Below are positions 38,091 through 47,470 of a DNA stretch of 64,000 nucleotides, piece after piece (the first letter of the stretch is position 1; every line of letters begins with the position of its first letter). The translations under genes and the position numbers were made by a program. The notes under the pieces were generated by a model that was not told the origin of the DNA, did not search any database, and saw nothing but the letters and a program-made list of their open reading frames with translations. This DNA is from Patescibacteria group bacterium (GTDB taxonomy: Bacteria; Patescibacteriota; Doudnabacteria; UBA920), in assembly GCA_036726225.1 (NCBI GenBank), contig DAIMCS010000001.1, forward strand, positions 188,885-252,884. Reading direction: 5' to 3'.

Positions 38091-38282
38091 AAAGAAAACG
38101 CCTCACCCCTTGTGGGTGGGGCGGTTTCTTTTTTAAGAAGGCACGAGGGGAATCGAACGGGTTGAAGTGAGGCCAGACCGCTTCAGCAGAAGCGGTAGCA
38201 GCCGAGCGATCGGGAATGCGAGCTGGCGCAGCATTCCCGCAACCCCGGGCTACGAGCGAGCCTGCAGGCGAGCGAGGACGAA

Positions 38283-38301
38283 ATTCCCCTTAGCCGCTCC
38301 A
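38283..38301 (+). other. 19-nt direct repeat of tRNA-Gly 3' end (att-like scar or tRNA fragment)
   Basis: attccccttagccgctcca identical to 38072-38090; preceded by a leader-like remnant (cgagcgatcgggaatgcgagc) and followed by a terminator hairpin. Confidence 0.6.
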
Positions 38302-38507
38302 AAGAAAAAACTATCACTTTATGTGGTAGTTTTTTCTTTGGTTAGGATAAGCTTGGGACCTTTTCCCTCGAGCGCAGCGAGACCCCGACCTTCTCGTCGG
38401 GGTTAGCCGATCCTTAAAACCCAAAAAGCAAAGTCGAAGGACCCACAAAAAGAGTTTGACTAAGGATGATTTTTTATATAAATTTAGCCAAAAGGAGGAG
38501 TTTACAA

Positions 38508-38798
38508 ATGCTCATAATTTTCTTTTTGGCGTTTTTAATAGGTGCGGTTTTAGGGGTTGCCCTTGGGTATTTTTTGAACTTAGCTTTGGTAATCGTAGTT
38601 GGCGCGCTTTCGCTTGCAATTTTTATCCAAAGCTTAAGAGGCAAAAGCGGTTCTGAAGGCAGCTGGGTTTACGGCGTAATTGGCTGCGGGGCGCTCGGTT
38701 TATGTTTTTCCATGGTTACAACCGCGGCTGTGGTTAGGCGTCAAGCTGTCACAAGCGTCATAAGCAGCGCCGGCGAATCTACGAAAGGGTTCTTGTAG
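38508..38798 (+). CDS. Hypothetical membrane protein
   Basis: Strong RBS AAAGGAGGAG before ATG 38508; 96 aa, three TM helices. Confidence 0.45.
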   Translation: MLIIFFLAFLIGAVLGVALGYFLNLALVIVVGALSLAIFIQSLRGKSGSEGSWVYGVIGCGALGLCFSMVTTAAVVRRQAVTSVISSAGESTKGFL

Positions 38799-38924
38799 AA
38801 ATATGTGCTTAGGTAAAGCTTTGCAAAATTGGCGGAAGCAATTCCGCCATTTTTTACTAATATTGGCTTTTTAAAAGATTTGCGGTAAAATATAGGTAAT
38901 TCAAATTTTAAGAAACAAAAATAT

Positions 38925-39806
38925 ATGGTAAACCAACAATTAATAGACTACATTAAACACGAACAACAACAGGGCAAAAGCCGCGAAGATATTGTTTCGG
39001 CTTTGCATAGTCAGGGCTGGCAGCAAGCAGACATTGACCAGGGCTTTGCCTCGGCAGCGTCAGGAGCCCCCGCCACACCCATGCCCATGGGTCAGGCGCT
39101 TCCCAAGGCCAAGCAAATATTTAGTGATTCCTGGAGAATTTACAAAAGCCATTTTAAAACCTTAATCATACTAAGCGCCATACCCACCATCTCTTTTGCA
39201 ATCGTTGGCTTGATGTTTGCCGGCGGAGCCGTAGCAGGGACAGCGCTCAAGCTTAACATTCAGGCTTTGGGAATATTAGGTTTGCTAGTTGCCCTGGTTG
39301 CAATAATTTTTTTAATTTACCTTAGCATTTGGTCAGCTGTCGCTCTTCTATTTGCTGTTAAAGACCCGGCCGAAAGCCTTTCCTGGATAGAAGCTTACAA
39401 AAGATCGAAACCCAAAGTAAACGAGTTCTTTTCCACTAATTTACTTTCAGGCCTGGCGACCATTGGAGGGTTCCTATTGTTAATAATTCCTGGAATTATT
39501 TTTGCCCTCTGGTTTAGCCAGTCTTCCTATGTTGTAGTTGAGGAAAATTTGCAAAATTCCGCGGCCTTAAAAAGAAGCAAGTACTATATAACAGGCAGGC
39601 TTGGCGAAGTATTCGGCAAGTTCTTCTTTATAGGCATAATTACTCTGGCGGTTTATATTGCTGTTGGCCTCATTATTTCACCGTTTGGGAGTAAGGAGGG
39701 CAATCCTGCAAGTTTTGTCACAAACATTATATCTATACTTTGGACTCCTCTGACCGTTGTTTACGGGTACCAATTATACAAACATCTAAAAGCAACCAGG
39801 CCCTAA
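38925..39806 (+). CDS. Hypothetical polytopic membrane protein
   Basis: 293 aa; soluble N-terminal approx. 60 aa then 5-6 TM helices. Confidence 0.45.
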   Translation: MVNQQLIDYIKHEQQQGKSREDIVSALHSQGWQQADIDQGFASAASGAPATPMPMGQALPKAKQIFSDSWRIYKSHFKTLIILSAIPTISFAIVGLMFAGGAVAGTALKLNIQALGILGLLVALVAIIFLIYLSIWSAVALLFAVKDPAESLSWIEAYKRSKPKVNEFFSTNLLSGLATIGGFLLLIIPGIIFALWFSQSSYVVVEENLQNSAALKRSKYYITGRLGEVFGKFFFIGIITLAVYIAVGLIISPFGSKEGNPASFVTNIISILWTPLTVVYGYQLYKHLKATRP

Positions 39807-40024
39807 AACTGCTTATTTAAGCACCTTAAAAACCCCTTAAAATAAGGGGTTTTTAAATTCCCCAAAACGGCCAAACCTTAGAATGAAATTATGTTTTTAC
39901 TCATATTTAAGCCAAAAAGCAGCAAAAAGGTCTTGAAAAAGGGCTAAAAAAAGAGTATACTTAGGTGTAAAAGTGCTAACAAGCGCTTTTTCAATTTCCT
40001 TAACAACTTAATGCCTTTTAGGGG

Positions 40025-40148
40025 CCCCCGAATTTTCACTCGAAAATTTGGGGAAAGGGACAACATTCCGAACGTTGTGAGTACGATTTTAATCGGGACG
40101 AACAGAGTGAGGAATCGTTGGCCCGCAGAAAGGAGTTTGATTCAAAAA
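40025..40148 (+). ncRNA. Leader-like structured element (variant F) upstream of a protein-coding gene
   Basis: ccccgaattttcactcgaaaatttgggg hairpin then gtgagtacgattttaatcgggacgaac...; no tRNA follows. Confidence 0.4.
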
Positions 40149-40835
40149 ATGAAAACTCTAATCAGCCTAAAGTCAGCCGTTTCTAAAAGCTTTAACTTAA
40201 ATGTTATTGCCTTGCTCTTGCTGATCCCGGTAATTTTTCCGGAATTAGCATTGGCTTCTGAACTTGCCACTTTAGGTTCACAGGGTCAAATTTTTGAAAT
40301 CAAAATTACTGGTTCAACGGTGTTGGATCAGTCTCCAAAACAAAACGACAACAATTCTTTAACAATGAAAGAGCTTGAGGACAACGACCCGTTGGTTGTT
40401 GCCTTAAGACAATATCTTGAAAAGTTAGGTTCACCTTTAAGCATTTACGCCGCAGATATAGTTAAGCAGCCGCAATGGCAAAGAGCTTTGGCTATTTCCT
40501 GGGTGGAAAGCAACATGGGTAAACACTGCTACGACAACAACTGTAGCGGTATTGGGGTAAAACCCGGCCACCCGGCTTGGAGAAAATATAAAACCAAGCT
40601 GGACTGGTTTATAGACATGTGTAAGCTAATGGAAAAACCTATCTATAAAGAAAAGTACACCACCTTCAAACAAATGAGGGGAGTGTACGTGGTCCCGGGA
40701 AGTGATGCGTGGGTAAACGGAGCTACACAAAAATATGGTCAGTTAGTTTCATTAACTGAACAAGCCTCGTTAGACAGACAGAAAAAGGCGCAATTAGTAG
40801 CAGCCTTAGTTACTTTTCCGGAAAATATAGACTAA
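40149..40835 (+). CDS. Secreted hypothetical protein
   Basis: Start trimmed to MKTLISLKSAVS... (signal peptide); track ORF 5' extension overlaps element F; terminator 40842-40870. Confidence 0.5.
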   Translation: MKTLISLKSAVSKSFNLNVIALLLLIPVIFPELALASELATLGSQGQIFEIKITGSTVLDQSPKQNDNNSLTMKELEDNDPLVVALRQYLEKLGSPLSIYAADIVKQPQWQRALAISWVESNMGKHCYDNNCSGIGVKPGHPAWRKYKTKLDWFIDMCKLMEKPIYKEKYTTFKQMRGVYVVPGSDAWVNGATQKYGQLVSLTEQASLDRQKKAQLVAALVTFPENID

Positions 40836-40884
40836 ATTTTAAAACCCCCTCTGCAAAGAGGGGGTTTTGATTTGCATTAATAGG

Positions 40885-41053
40885 GCTCCCAAAAATGCAA
40901 TGCATTTTTGGGAAAGAGGGGCAGCATCCCAAACGAAGTGAGTCCCGACTTGTCGAGACGAACACAGTGCGGGATGAATGACCCGTGGAGGGGTTTTAGT
41001 TTGGCTATTGAATTAATAGTGCTTTTTGATTAAAATGTATTAGTTATACAAAT
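40885..41053 (+). ncRNA. Structured tRNA-leader element (variant D) upstream of tRNA-Cys
   Basis: gggctcccaaaaatgcaatgcatttttgggaaagagg...gaagtgagtcccgac...cgggatgaatgacccgtgg. Confidence 0.45.
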
Positions 41054-41130
41054 GGCGCAGTGGTGAAGTAGTCTAACACTGCGGTCTGCAAAACCGCTAT
41101 TCGTGGGTGCAAATCCCACCTGCGCCTCCA
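41054..41130 (+). tRNA. tRNA-Cys(GCA)
   Basis: GGCGCAG...GCGGT CTGCAAA ACCGC...GTGGGTGCAAATCCCAC CTGCGCCTCCA. Confidence 0.8.
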
Positions 41131-41204
41131 CGGGTCAATCGTCCTTCACTCATTCATTTTTGACTGAAGTCAAAAAATTCATTATGTTCAGGACGTTGCC
41201 CCTT

Positions 41205-41396
41205 CATCCCAAAAACGCGTGCTCTCCCGACAAAAGTCGGGATGCGCTCCACGTTTTTGGGAGGTCTATATAACAAATCCTCAGCTCAAAAAAGGGCTCT
41301 CAAAAATGCAATGCATTTTTGGGAAAGAGGAGTTCGTGACGCAGAGCGTAAATTCCGACGTTAGTCGGAATGCAAGCTCACAGGCACGAACGACGA
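41205..41396 (+). ncRNA. Structured tRNA-leader element (copy E, two cccaaaaa/tttttggg modules) upstream of tRNA-Leu(TAA)
   Basis: ...GCAGAGCGTAAATTCCGAC-GTTA-GTCGGAATGCAAGCTCACAGG core with compensatory changes in the hairpin relative to copies A-C; outer stem gttcgtg/cacgaac. Confidence 0.55.
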
Positions 41397-41483
41397 GCCT
41401 GGGTGGTGGAACTGGCATACACTACAGACTTAAGATCTGTCGCCCGCAAGGGATTGAGGGTTCGACTCCCTCCCCAGGCACCA
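41397..41483 (+). tRNA. tRNA-Leu(TAA)
   Basis: GCCTGGGTGGTGGAACTGG...ACAGA CTTAAGA TCTGT...long variable arm...GGTTCGACTCC...CCCAGGCACCA. Confidence 0.85.
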
Positions 41484-41498
41484 AATAATATACAACTA

Positions 41499-41846
41499 AT
41501 GAATCCTGTTGTTGAACTACTCCAAAAACTTCCGGTCTGGCTGCTGCTAATTTTGAGCGCCTCCTCGGTCATTGCTGGAGATTTTTTTGCAAAATATTGG
41601 TCAATCCATTTGCGTAGTGTCTTTTATTTCCTCGCAATTGCCAGCTATATGCTGTCCGGATTTTTTTATATTCCTACCCTGCTGCGGGAAGGATTAATTG
41701 TAACTTCGGTCATATGGAGCGTTTTGAGCATTGTGGGGTTCCTAGTAATTGGCCTGCTTATTTTTAAAGAAACTTTATCAACTGTGGAAATAGTTGGCGT
41801 TTTATTTGGCGTGATCTCGCTAGTCATTTTAAGTATAAGTAAATAA
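41499..41846 (+). CDS. Small DMT/SMR-like 4-TM membrane protein
   Basis: Start trimmed to MNPVVELLQ (track ORF begins inside tRNA-Leu); 115 aa, four TM helices. Confidence 0.5.
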   Translation: MNPVVELLQKLPVWLLLILSASSVIAGDFFAKYWSIHLRSVFYFLAIASYMLSGFFYIPTLLREGLIVTSVIWSVLSIVGFLVIGLLIFKETLSTVEIVGVLFGVISLVILSISK

Positions 41847-41867
41847 ATGTCCTAAAGCTTTACAAAA

Positions 41868-42035
41868 ACCATTTGACAAGCTAAAAGCTTTGTCGTAAAT
41901 TATGTGTACTATTAATTTTTGAAGGAGTTGGATAGAAAAAAAGACCCACACGACATCTACAACCAAAAACAAGCAAGTCAACTCAATGGCTCAGTTTGGC
42001 GTAAACAAATTCTTTAAGGGTTTGTTTTTTTATTT
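41868..42035 (+). promoter_or_regulatory. Conserved cis-element copy 1: promoter (TTGACA-17-TAAATT), conserved leader, intrinsic terminator upstream of GNAT gene
   Basis: TTGACA 41873-78, TAAATT 41896-901, aaggagTTG 41922-30, terminator aaacaaattctttaagggtttgtttttttat about 42003-42031; paralog at 42666-42832. Confidence 0.6.
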
Positions 42036-42154
42036 GCCACACAGGCTGGCCAAAAGCATTGACAAAAATTCAAAAAATCTATAAAATAAGCGGTTAGACT
42101 TTTTTCTTCCGCCAATGTTCATCAATTTTTGGTGACTGGTGGCGGAGGGAAAAA

Positions 42155-42574
42155 GTGAAGAACTTCAAAATCAGAGAAGCTACAAAAAAGGATCGGCCGG
42201 CTATTTTGGCACTCATCAGGATGATGGGGCCAAAAAAACTATTTCAGACAAATTTGCCGACCTACAAGTCCTTCTTCGTGGCTGTTGTTGGAGGAAAGGT
42301 AGTGGGCTGCGGCGCCTTGCAGATCTATTCTAAAAGGATTTGCGAAATTAGGAGCTTTGCAGTCCACCCGGATTATCAAGGGAATGGGATCGGGCCAGCG
42401 CTGGGAAAAGCTTGCATGTTCAGAGCTAAAGAGAGAGGAATCATCGAACTCTTCACCATTGCCAACAAGAAAGCTAAAGCAATGTTCCAAAAATTAGGAC
42501 TCAGAACCCTGTTCAACGAAAAATACGCAATGCTTGTCGTTTTTGGCAAAAGCCCCGAAACACTCCCGAAGTGA
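42155..42574 (+). CDS. GNAT family N-acetyltransferase
   Basis: 139 aa, GTG start after GGAGGGA RBS; acetyl-CoA motif QGNGIGPALGKA. Confidence 0.75.
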   Translation: MKNFKIREATKKDRPAILALIRMMGPKKLFQTNLPTYKSFFVAVVGGKVVGCGALQIYSKRICEIRSFAVHPDYQGNGIGPALGKACMFRAKERGIIELFTIANKKAKAMFQKLGLRTLFNEKYAMLVVFGKSPETLPK

Positions 42575-42665
42575 CCACCAAGGAAAAGAGTGTTTGGACA
42601 TCCACAAACACTCTTTCCTCCCATCCTGCTAAAAAACCTTCTCTGCTAATAAAATTTAAGGAAAA

Positions 42666-42832
42666 AATATTTGACAAACAATTAGCTTTACTGTAAATTA
42701 TGTTTAATATTAATTTTTTAAGGAGTTGGAAAGAATAGAACACTCGTCCCTTTTTAACCAAAACCGACAAAGTCAAGTCAATGGCTTAGTTCAACGTTAA
42801 CAAATTCCTAATGAGTTTGTTTTTTTATTATA
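42666..42832 (+). promoter_or_regulatory. Conserved cis-element copy 2 immediately upstream of hss (terminator ends about 25 nt before hss start codon)
   Basis: TTGACA 42671-76, TAAATT 42694-99, aaggagTTG 42720-28, short ORF 42726-42800, terminator aacaaattcctaatgagtttgtttttttat. Confidence 0.6.
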
Positions 42833-42853
42833 AAAATTTTAAATCAACAAAAT

Positions 42854-44302
42854 ATGAAGAAAAAATTTGACCACAAAATTTTAATTATAGGCTACGGCTC
42901 GGTTTCACAGTGCACGCTGCCCATTCTTTTAGAAATGATAGACGTGCCGCTTAACAATGTCACCATAATGGATTTTGAAGACAAGGCGACAATGCTTAAA
43001 CCTTTTACTGACAAAGGCATAAATTTCGTCCGCAACCGCATTACCAAAGAAAATTTAGGCAGTGAACTGGCCAAATACACGGACAAGGGCGGGTTAGTTA
43101 TAGATTTGGCCTGGAACATTGGCGCAAATGACATAATTGGCTGGTGCCACGACAACAATGTTTTTTATGTAAATACTTCTGTGGAAGTTTGGGACTCAAT
43201 TGAAGGTTTATTCAAAGACAGCCCGTACGAAAAATCCCTCTACTTTAGGCAGATGAAGCTTCGGGAGATGACTAAAGACTGGAAAGACGCCACCACAGCC
43301 GTGGTAGACCACGGCGCCAACCCCGGACTTATTTCCCATTTTGTTAAACAGGGCTTAGTGGATATTGCCAATAAAATGATTGCAGATGGCAAAGCCACCG
43401 GGTCTGATAAAGAACAACTGGAACAATTTATAAAAGACCGCCAATTTAACAAACTGGCGCAAAAATTAAGCGTTAAAGTTATTCACTGCAGCGAACGTGA
43501 CACACAAATTACCAACCGGCCAAAAGAGGTAGACGAATTTGTAGGCACTTGGAGCGTGGAGGGCTTACGCGAAGAAGGCACGGCGCCGGCGGAAATGGGC
43601 TGGGGAACACATGAACAAAAATTGCCCGATCTCGCACATGTTCCGCCCATTGGGCCAAAAAATCAGATCTTCTTAGCACAAATGGGTATTAACACCTGGG
43701 TAAGGTCGTGGATTCCAAATGAAGAAATAATTGGTATGGTCATCCGCCACGGCGAAGCATTCGGACTCTCTGACCGTTTAACGGTTTGGGAAGGGGAGAA
43801 GGCGATTTTCAGGCCCACCGTTCACTATGCCTATATGCCTTGTCACGAAACTTTATCCAGTTTAGTGGAGCTAAGGGCTAGAAATTACGAAATGCAGCCA
43901 AAGGTCAGAATTATGCAGGACGAGGTTACTTCAGGCAACGACATTTTAGGAGCTCTCTTAATGGGGCATGCTTACAATTCCTGGTGGACGGGCAGCGACT
44001 TGAGCATTGAAGAAGCACGGCGCTTGGCTCCGGGCCAAAACGCGACCACTTTACAGGTGGCATTAGGCGTAATTTCCGCGGTCTTATGGATGTTTGAAAA
44101 CCCAAACCAGGGCATTTGTCTGCCGGACGATCTTCCCCACGATTTTGTGCTGAATATTTCCAAACCTTACTTAGGCAAATTTATTTCCACGCCTTCAGAC
44201 TGGACGCCGACCAAAAACCGCAAAATCTATTTTAAAGAAAACCCGGCCAGCCAAGCTGCTTCCGACGTATGGCAGTATGAAAATTTTAAATTTATTCCAT
44301 AA
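42854..44302 (+). CDS. hss: Homospermidine synthase (NAD-dependent, bacterial type)
   Basis: 482 aa; collinear with bacterial HSS (GYGSVSQCTLP..., GANPGLISHFVKQ, TWSVEG, GQNATTLQVA, SDWTP). Confidence 0.85.
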   Translation: MKKKFDHKILIIGYGSVSQCTLPILLEMIDVPLNNVTIMDFEDKATMLKPFTDKGINFVRNRITKENLGSELAKYTDKGGLVIDLAWNIGANDIIGWCHDNNVFYVNTSVEVWDSIEGLFKDSPYEKSLYFRQMKLREMTKDWKDATTAVVDHGANPGLISHFVKQGLVDIANKMIADGKATGSDKEQLEQFIKDRQFNKLAQKLSVKVIHCSERDTQITNRPKEVDEFVGTWSVEGLREEGTAPAEMGWGTHEQKLPDLAHVPPIGPKNQIFLAQMGINTWVRSWIPNEEIIGMVIRHGEAFGLSDRLTVWEGEKAIFRPTVHYAYMPCHETLSSLVELRARNYEMQPKVRIMQDEVTSGNDILGALLMGHAYNSWWTGSDLSIEEARRLAPGQNATTLQVALGVISAVLWMFENPNQGICLPDDLPHDFVLNISKPYLGKFISTPSDWTPTKNRKIYFKENPASQAASDVWQYENFKFIP

Positions 44303-44314
44303 TAAAAAACATAA

Positions 44315-45586
44315 ATGATATCCCAAGAACGAAAAAAATTTTTACAGGAATTGGCACAAAAACACGGCACGCCGCTGTTTGTGGTTGACCATGAAATCTT
44401 GCGCAAAAATTACCAGGAATTCCGTGAAAACCTTCCGGACGTCCAGGCTTACTTTGCCGTAAAGGCAAACTGCAACCCCGAAATTATTAAAACCATGTTC
44501 GACATGGGCTCAAGTTTCGACGTGGCTTCAATTTGGGAATTTAAGCAGGTTTACGAAAACATTAAAGACTGGGGTGAAAAAGAAAAACAGGATTTTGTTT
44601 GGGACAAAGTAATTTACGCCAACACAATTAAGCCGGCGAAAGTTTTAAAAAAACTCGACCCCTATAAAATTTTAGTCACCTTCGACAATATTGAAGAATT
44701 AAAAAAGATTAAAGAACATGCGCCCAATGTGCGTTTAGTCCTGCGCATCCGGGTGCCTAACACGGGCTCCATGGTTGAGCTGTCTTCTAAATTCGGCGCG
44801 CATCCGGGAGAAGCCGTGGATTTAATTGGCGAAGCCGTAAATATGGGCCTAAGTGTGGAAGGCATAAGCTTCCATGTGGGCAGCCAGTGCCAAAATTTTG
44901 AAAACTATGTCCAGGCCTTAAACCTTTGCTCTTCCATATTTAAAGAGGCGGAGCTTAGAAATTATGAAATGGGTTTTTTAAACCCGGAAGGCATAAGAGT
45001 AAAAACCTTGGACATTGGCGGAGGCTTCCCGGTAAAATACAACGGCGGCGGAAAACCGTTTAGCTCGCTGGCAAAAAAAATCAATTCGGAAATTAAGCGG
45101 CTGTTCGGCAAAAATGGAATTGATGTTATTGCTGAACCCGGAAGATTTATTGTTGCCACCTCCGCGACTTTGGTGACTAAAATTATTGGAAAATCTGTAC
45201 GGGACGGAAAAACCTGCTACTACCTGGACGACGGTGTCTACCATACATTTTCTGGGCAAGTTTACGACCACCAGCAGTATCCGCTTCACGCCTTTAAAGA
45301 AGGCGAGTTAAAAGTTTGCTCCACCTTTGGCCCGACTTGCGACGCTTTTGACACAATTTCGCTTTCAGACGAGCTGCCGGAAGATTTGCAAATTGACGAT
45401 TTGCTTTACGCTGAAAATATTGGCGCTTATACGCTTGCTTCCGCAACTGACTTTAACGGCTTTCCTGAAGCCCGCATAGTCCACATAAACACTAACCGAC
45501 AACCAATTAAGGAAGGGGAGCCGCCAAAAGAATTCGTAGTTGTAGACAATCCTTTGTCTAAAATGTCCAGCCGCCTAGTCTCATAA
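44315..45586 (+). CDS. PLP-dependent ornithine decarboxylase-like (alanine racemase-fold, group IV decarboxylase)
   Basis: 423 aa; YFAVKANCNPEI PLP-lysine motif, GGGF, EPGR; 12 nt downstream of hss. Confidence 0.8.
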   Translation: MISQERKKFLQELAQKHGTPLFVVDHEILRKNYQEFRENLPDVQAYFAVKANCNPEIIKTMFDMGSSFDVASIWEFKQVYENIKDWGEKEKQDFVWDKVIYANTIKPAKVLKKLDPYKILVTFDNIEELKKIKEHAPNVRLVLRIRVPNTGSMVELSSKFGAHPGEAVDLIGEAVNMGLSVEGISFHVGSQCQNFENYVQALNLCSSIFKEAELRNYEMGFLNPEGIRVKTLDIGGGFPVKYNGGGKPFSSLAKKINSEIKRLFGKNGIDVIAEPGRFIVATSATLVTKIIGKSVRDGKTCYYLDDGVYHTFSGQVYDHQQYPLHAFKEGELKVCSTFGPTCDAFDTISLSDELPEDLQIDDLLYAENIGAYTLASATDFNGFPEARIVHINTNRQPIKEGEPPKEFVVVDNPLSKMSSRLVS

Positions 45587-45688
45587 TTTAAACTTTAAAA
45601 CCCCCTAAATCCGGGGGTTTTTTAATTTTTTTAACTCCTTTGGGCTCAAATTTGCTATAATTATTAGAGAAATAACATTTGAGAGGCG

Positions 45689-45922
45689 GTGAGCAAAATG
45701 AAAATTCTGCATACGATAGCTTTTACCTTGCTGGTGATTGGCGGTCTTAATTGGCTACTTATTGGATTGTTCAATTACAACGTTGTAACCTATTTGGGCG
45801 ACATGGGCGCTAGAATTGTTTATATTTTAGTCGGCGTGTCGGCCGTAGTTGAAATTGCCAGGCACAAACACAACTGCAGGCAGTGCAACCCCGGCGATAT
45901 GGCGACCAAACCTCCAATGTAA
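45689..45922 (+). CDS. DUF378 family small membrane protein
   Basis: LNWLLIGLFNYNVVTYLGDMGARIVYILVGVSAVVEI; terminator 45928-45954. Confidence 0.65.
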   Translation: MSKMKILHTIAFTLLVIGGLNWLLIGLFNYNVVTYLGDMGARIVYILVGVSAVVEIARHKHNCRQCNPGDMATKPPM

Positions 45923-45956
45923 AAAAAGATCCTCCGTTTAAGGAGGATCTTTTATA

Positions 45957-47171
45957 TTATTCGGTTTTAACTTCAACCTGCTCAACAGCGGGTTTTTCTT
46001 CTGCCTTTTTAGACTCGTCCGCCGAAGCTTTAGCGGAAGCAGGCGCCTCGGTTAAAGCTTTAAGCGAAAGCCCTAACCTGTGTTCAGCCGGCTCAATTGA
46101 AATAATTTTAAACTCTTTTTCCTCGCCACTTTTAAGTATTTCGTCCGCGGTCTTGCCCGTTTCGTGGGACAGTTCCATTACGTGCGCCAAGCCCTGAATG
46201 TCTTTGTCGAGTTCTACAAAAACCCCAAAGGGCATAACCTTTGCAACTTTACCTTTAACTACCTGGCCGATTTGGTATTTCTTTACCGCTTCCAGCCAGG
46301 GGTCTTCCTGGAGTTGTTTAATGGATAAAGATACACGGCCTTTGTCTATAGAAATGACTTTAGCCGTAACTTTCTGGCCAACCCTAACAATATCTTTGGG
46401 GTTTTCAATTCTCTGCCAGGCAAGCTCACTAATGTGGACCAAACCTTCCAAGTCGCCAAACTTTACAAAAGCTCCAAAATCTACCACGCCGGTAATAGTG
46501 CCTTCTACCACTTGGCCAATTTTGAGTATGCCAAGCCGGTTTTCCATCTCTTTTTCAAAAACCGCTTTTTCAGAGACAATTAACTTTTCCTCGCCGCTGT
46601 CTGCGGTAATTATTTGCACATCGAACGGTTGGCCAATATAACTGTTTAAGACTTCCAAAATACGGTTCTTGTCGCCGTCTTCCACGCGGGGATAATGCTC
46701 CAGGGAAAGCTGGGATACGGGAAGGAAACCGGTAACATTGTTAATTTCCACCATAAGCCCGCCCTTGTTGGCTTCCAAAATTTTGGTGCAGATGACTTCT
46801 TTGCTCTCCAACTTTTCTTTAAGCGTCTGCCAAACTCTTTCCTGGCCGGCTTGCCTTAAGGAAAGTTCTACAATGCCTTCTTTGTTTTCCGGTTCAACTA
46901 CGGAGACAAAAATTTTGTCGCCCGGTTTGAGTGCGGACAAAGTGGCTTCGTCGTCGTAAAGTTCGCGTCCGCGGACTACGCCAATACCGTAGCCCTCTAA
47001 ATCTACGTAAACCTCATTTTTCCCGACACTAATAAGTGTGCCCTCAACCATGTCCGCGGCCTTTAAAACTTTTATATCCACGCCGCTGCCAATGAGTTCG
47101 GTCATGGTCTTGGCGCTGGCTGCCGCAGCCGAAAAAGTTTGTGCCGGGGTAACTTGATTTTCTTCTGACAT
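45957..47171 (-). CDS. rpsA: 30S ribosomal protein S1 (four S1 domains)
   Basis: 404 aa; repeated S1 OB-fold motifs. Confidence 0.85.
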   Translation of the reverse strand: MSEENQVTPAQTFSAAAASAKTMTELIGSGVDIKVLKAADMVEGTLISVGKNEVYVDLEGYGIGVVRGRELYDDEATLSALKPGDKIFVSVVEPENKEGIVELSLRQAGQERVWQTLKEKLESKEVICTKILEANKGGLMVEINNVTGFLPVSQLSLEHYPRVEDGDKNRILEVLNSYIGQPFDVQIITADSGEEKLIVSEKAVFEKEMENRLGILKIGQVVEGTITGVVDFGAFVKFGDLEGLVHISELAWQRIENPKDIVRVGQKVTAKVISIDKGRVSLSIKQLQEDPWLEAVKKYQIGQVVKGKVAKVMPFGVFVELDKDIQGLAHVMELSHETGKTADEILKSGEEKEFKIISIEPAEHRLGLSLKALTEAPASAKASADESKKAEEKPAVEQVEVKTE

Positions 47172-47470
47172 ATTTTCCTTTTCTAAACCAATTTTTAGGT
47201 TAACACCGTTTAGTCAACGATTAACACGGATCCGTGTTAATCGGTTTTTCATCTGTGTTCATCCAATGTTTCTAAATAAAAAACCAACGTTTTAATTCGT
47301 TGGGTAAATTAAAAACAATATTACTTTGGTTAATTGTTAAATAGTGCTAAATCAATGGCTTATTTGGGGTTAATAATTTTATTTATATTCTTTAGCACTT
47401 ACGCAAATAAGCATTAGGATTATAGCATTTTGTATAAAAAAAGCAAGGGCTTCACGCCCCTGCTTTTCCC

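Noticed and set aside
37182-38406. Five overlapping six-frame ORFs (37182-37628, 37451-37828, 37847-38170, 37918-38106, 38167-38406)
   Set aside because: They are translations of tRNA-Val, tRNA-Phe, tRNA-Gly and their structured leaders; repeated peptide segments simply mirror the duplicated leader DNA.
41370-41498. N-terminal 43 codons of track ORF 41370-41846
   Set aside because: They overlap tRNA-Leu(TAA); the protein most likely starts at MNPVVELLQ (41499).
41928-42083. Leader-peptide reading of the conserved cis-element (51-aa TTG ORF in copy 1, 24-aa in copy 2)
   Set aside because: Careful framing shows the two copies share only the first few codons. A 1-nt length difference puts the conserved 3' block in different frames. 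Zero spacing lies between AAGGAG and TTG. A conserved peptide is therefore unlikely; I kept it as an RNA-level element.
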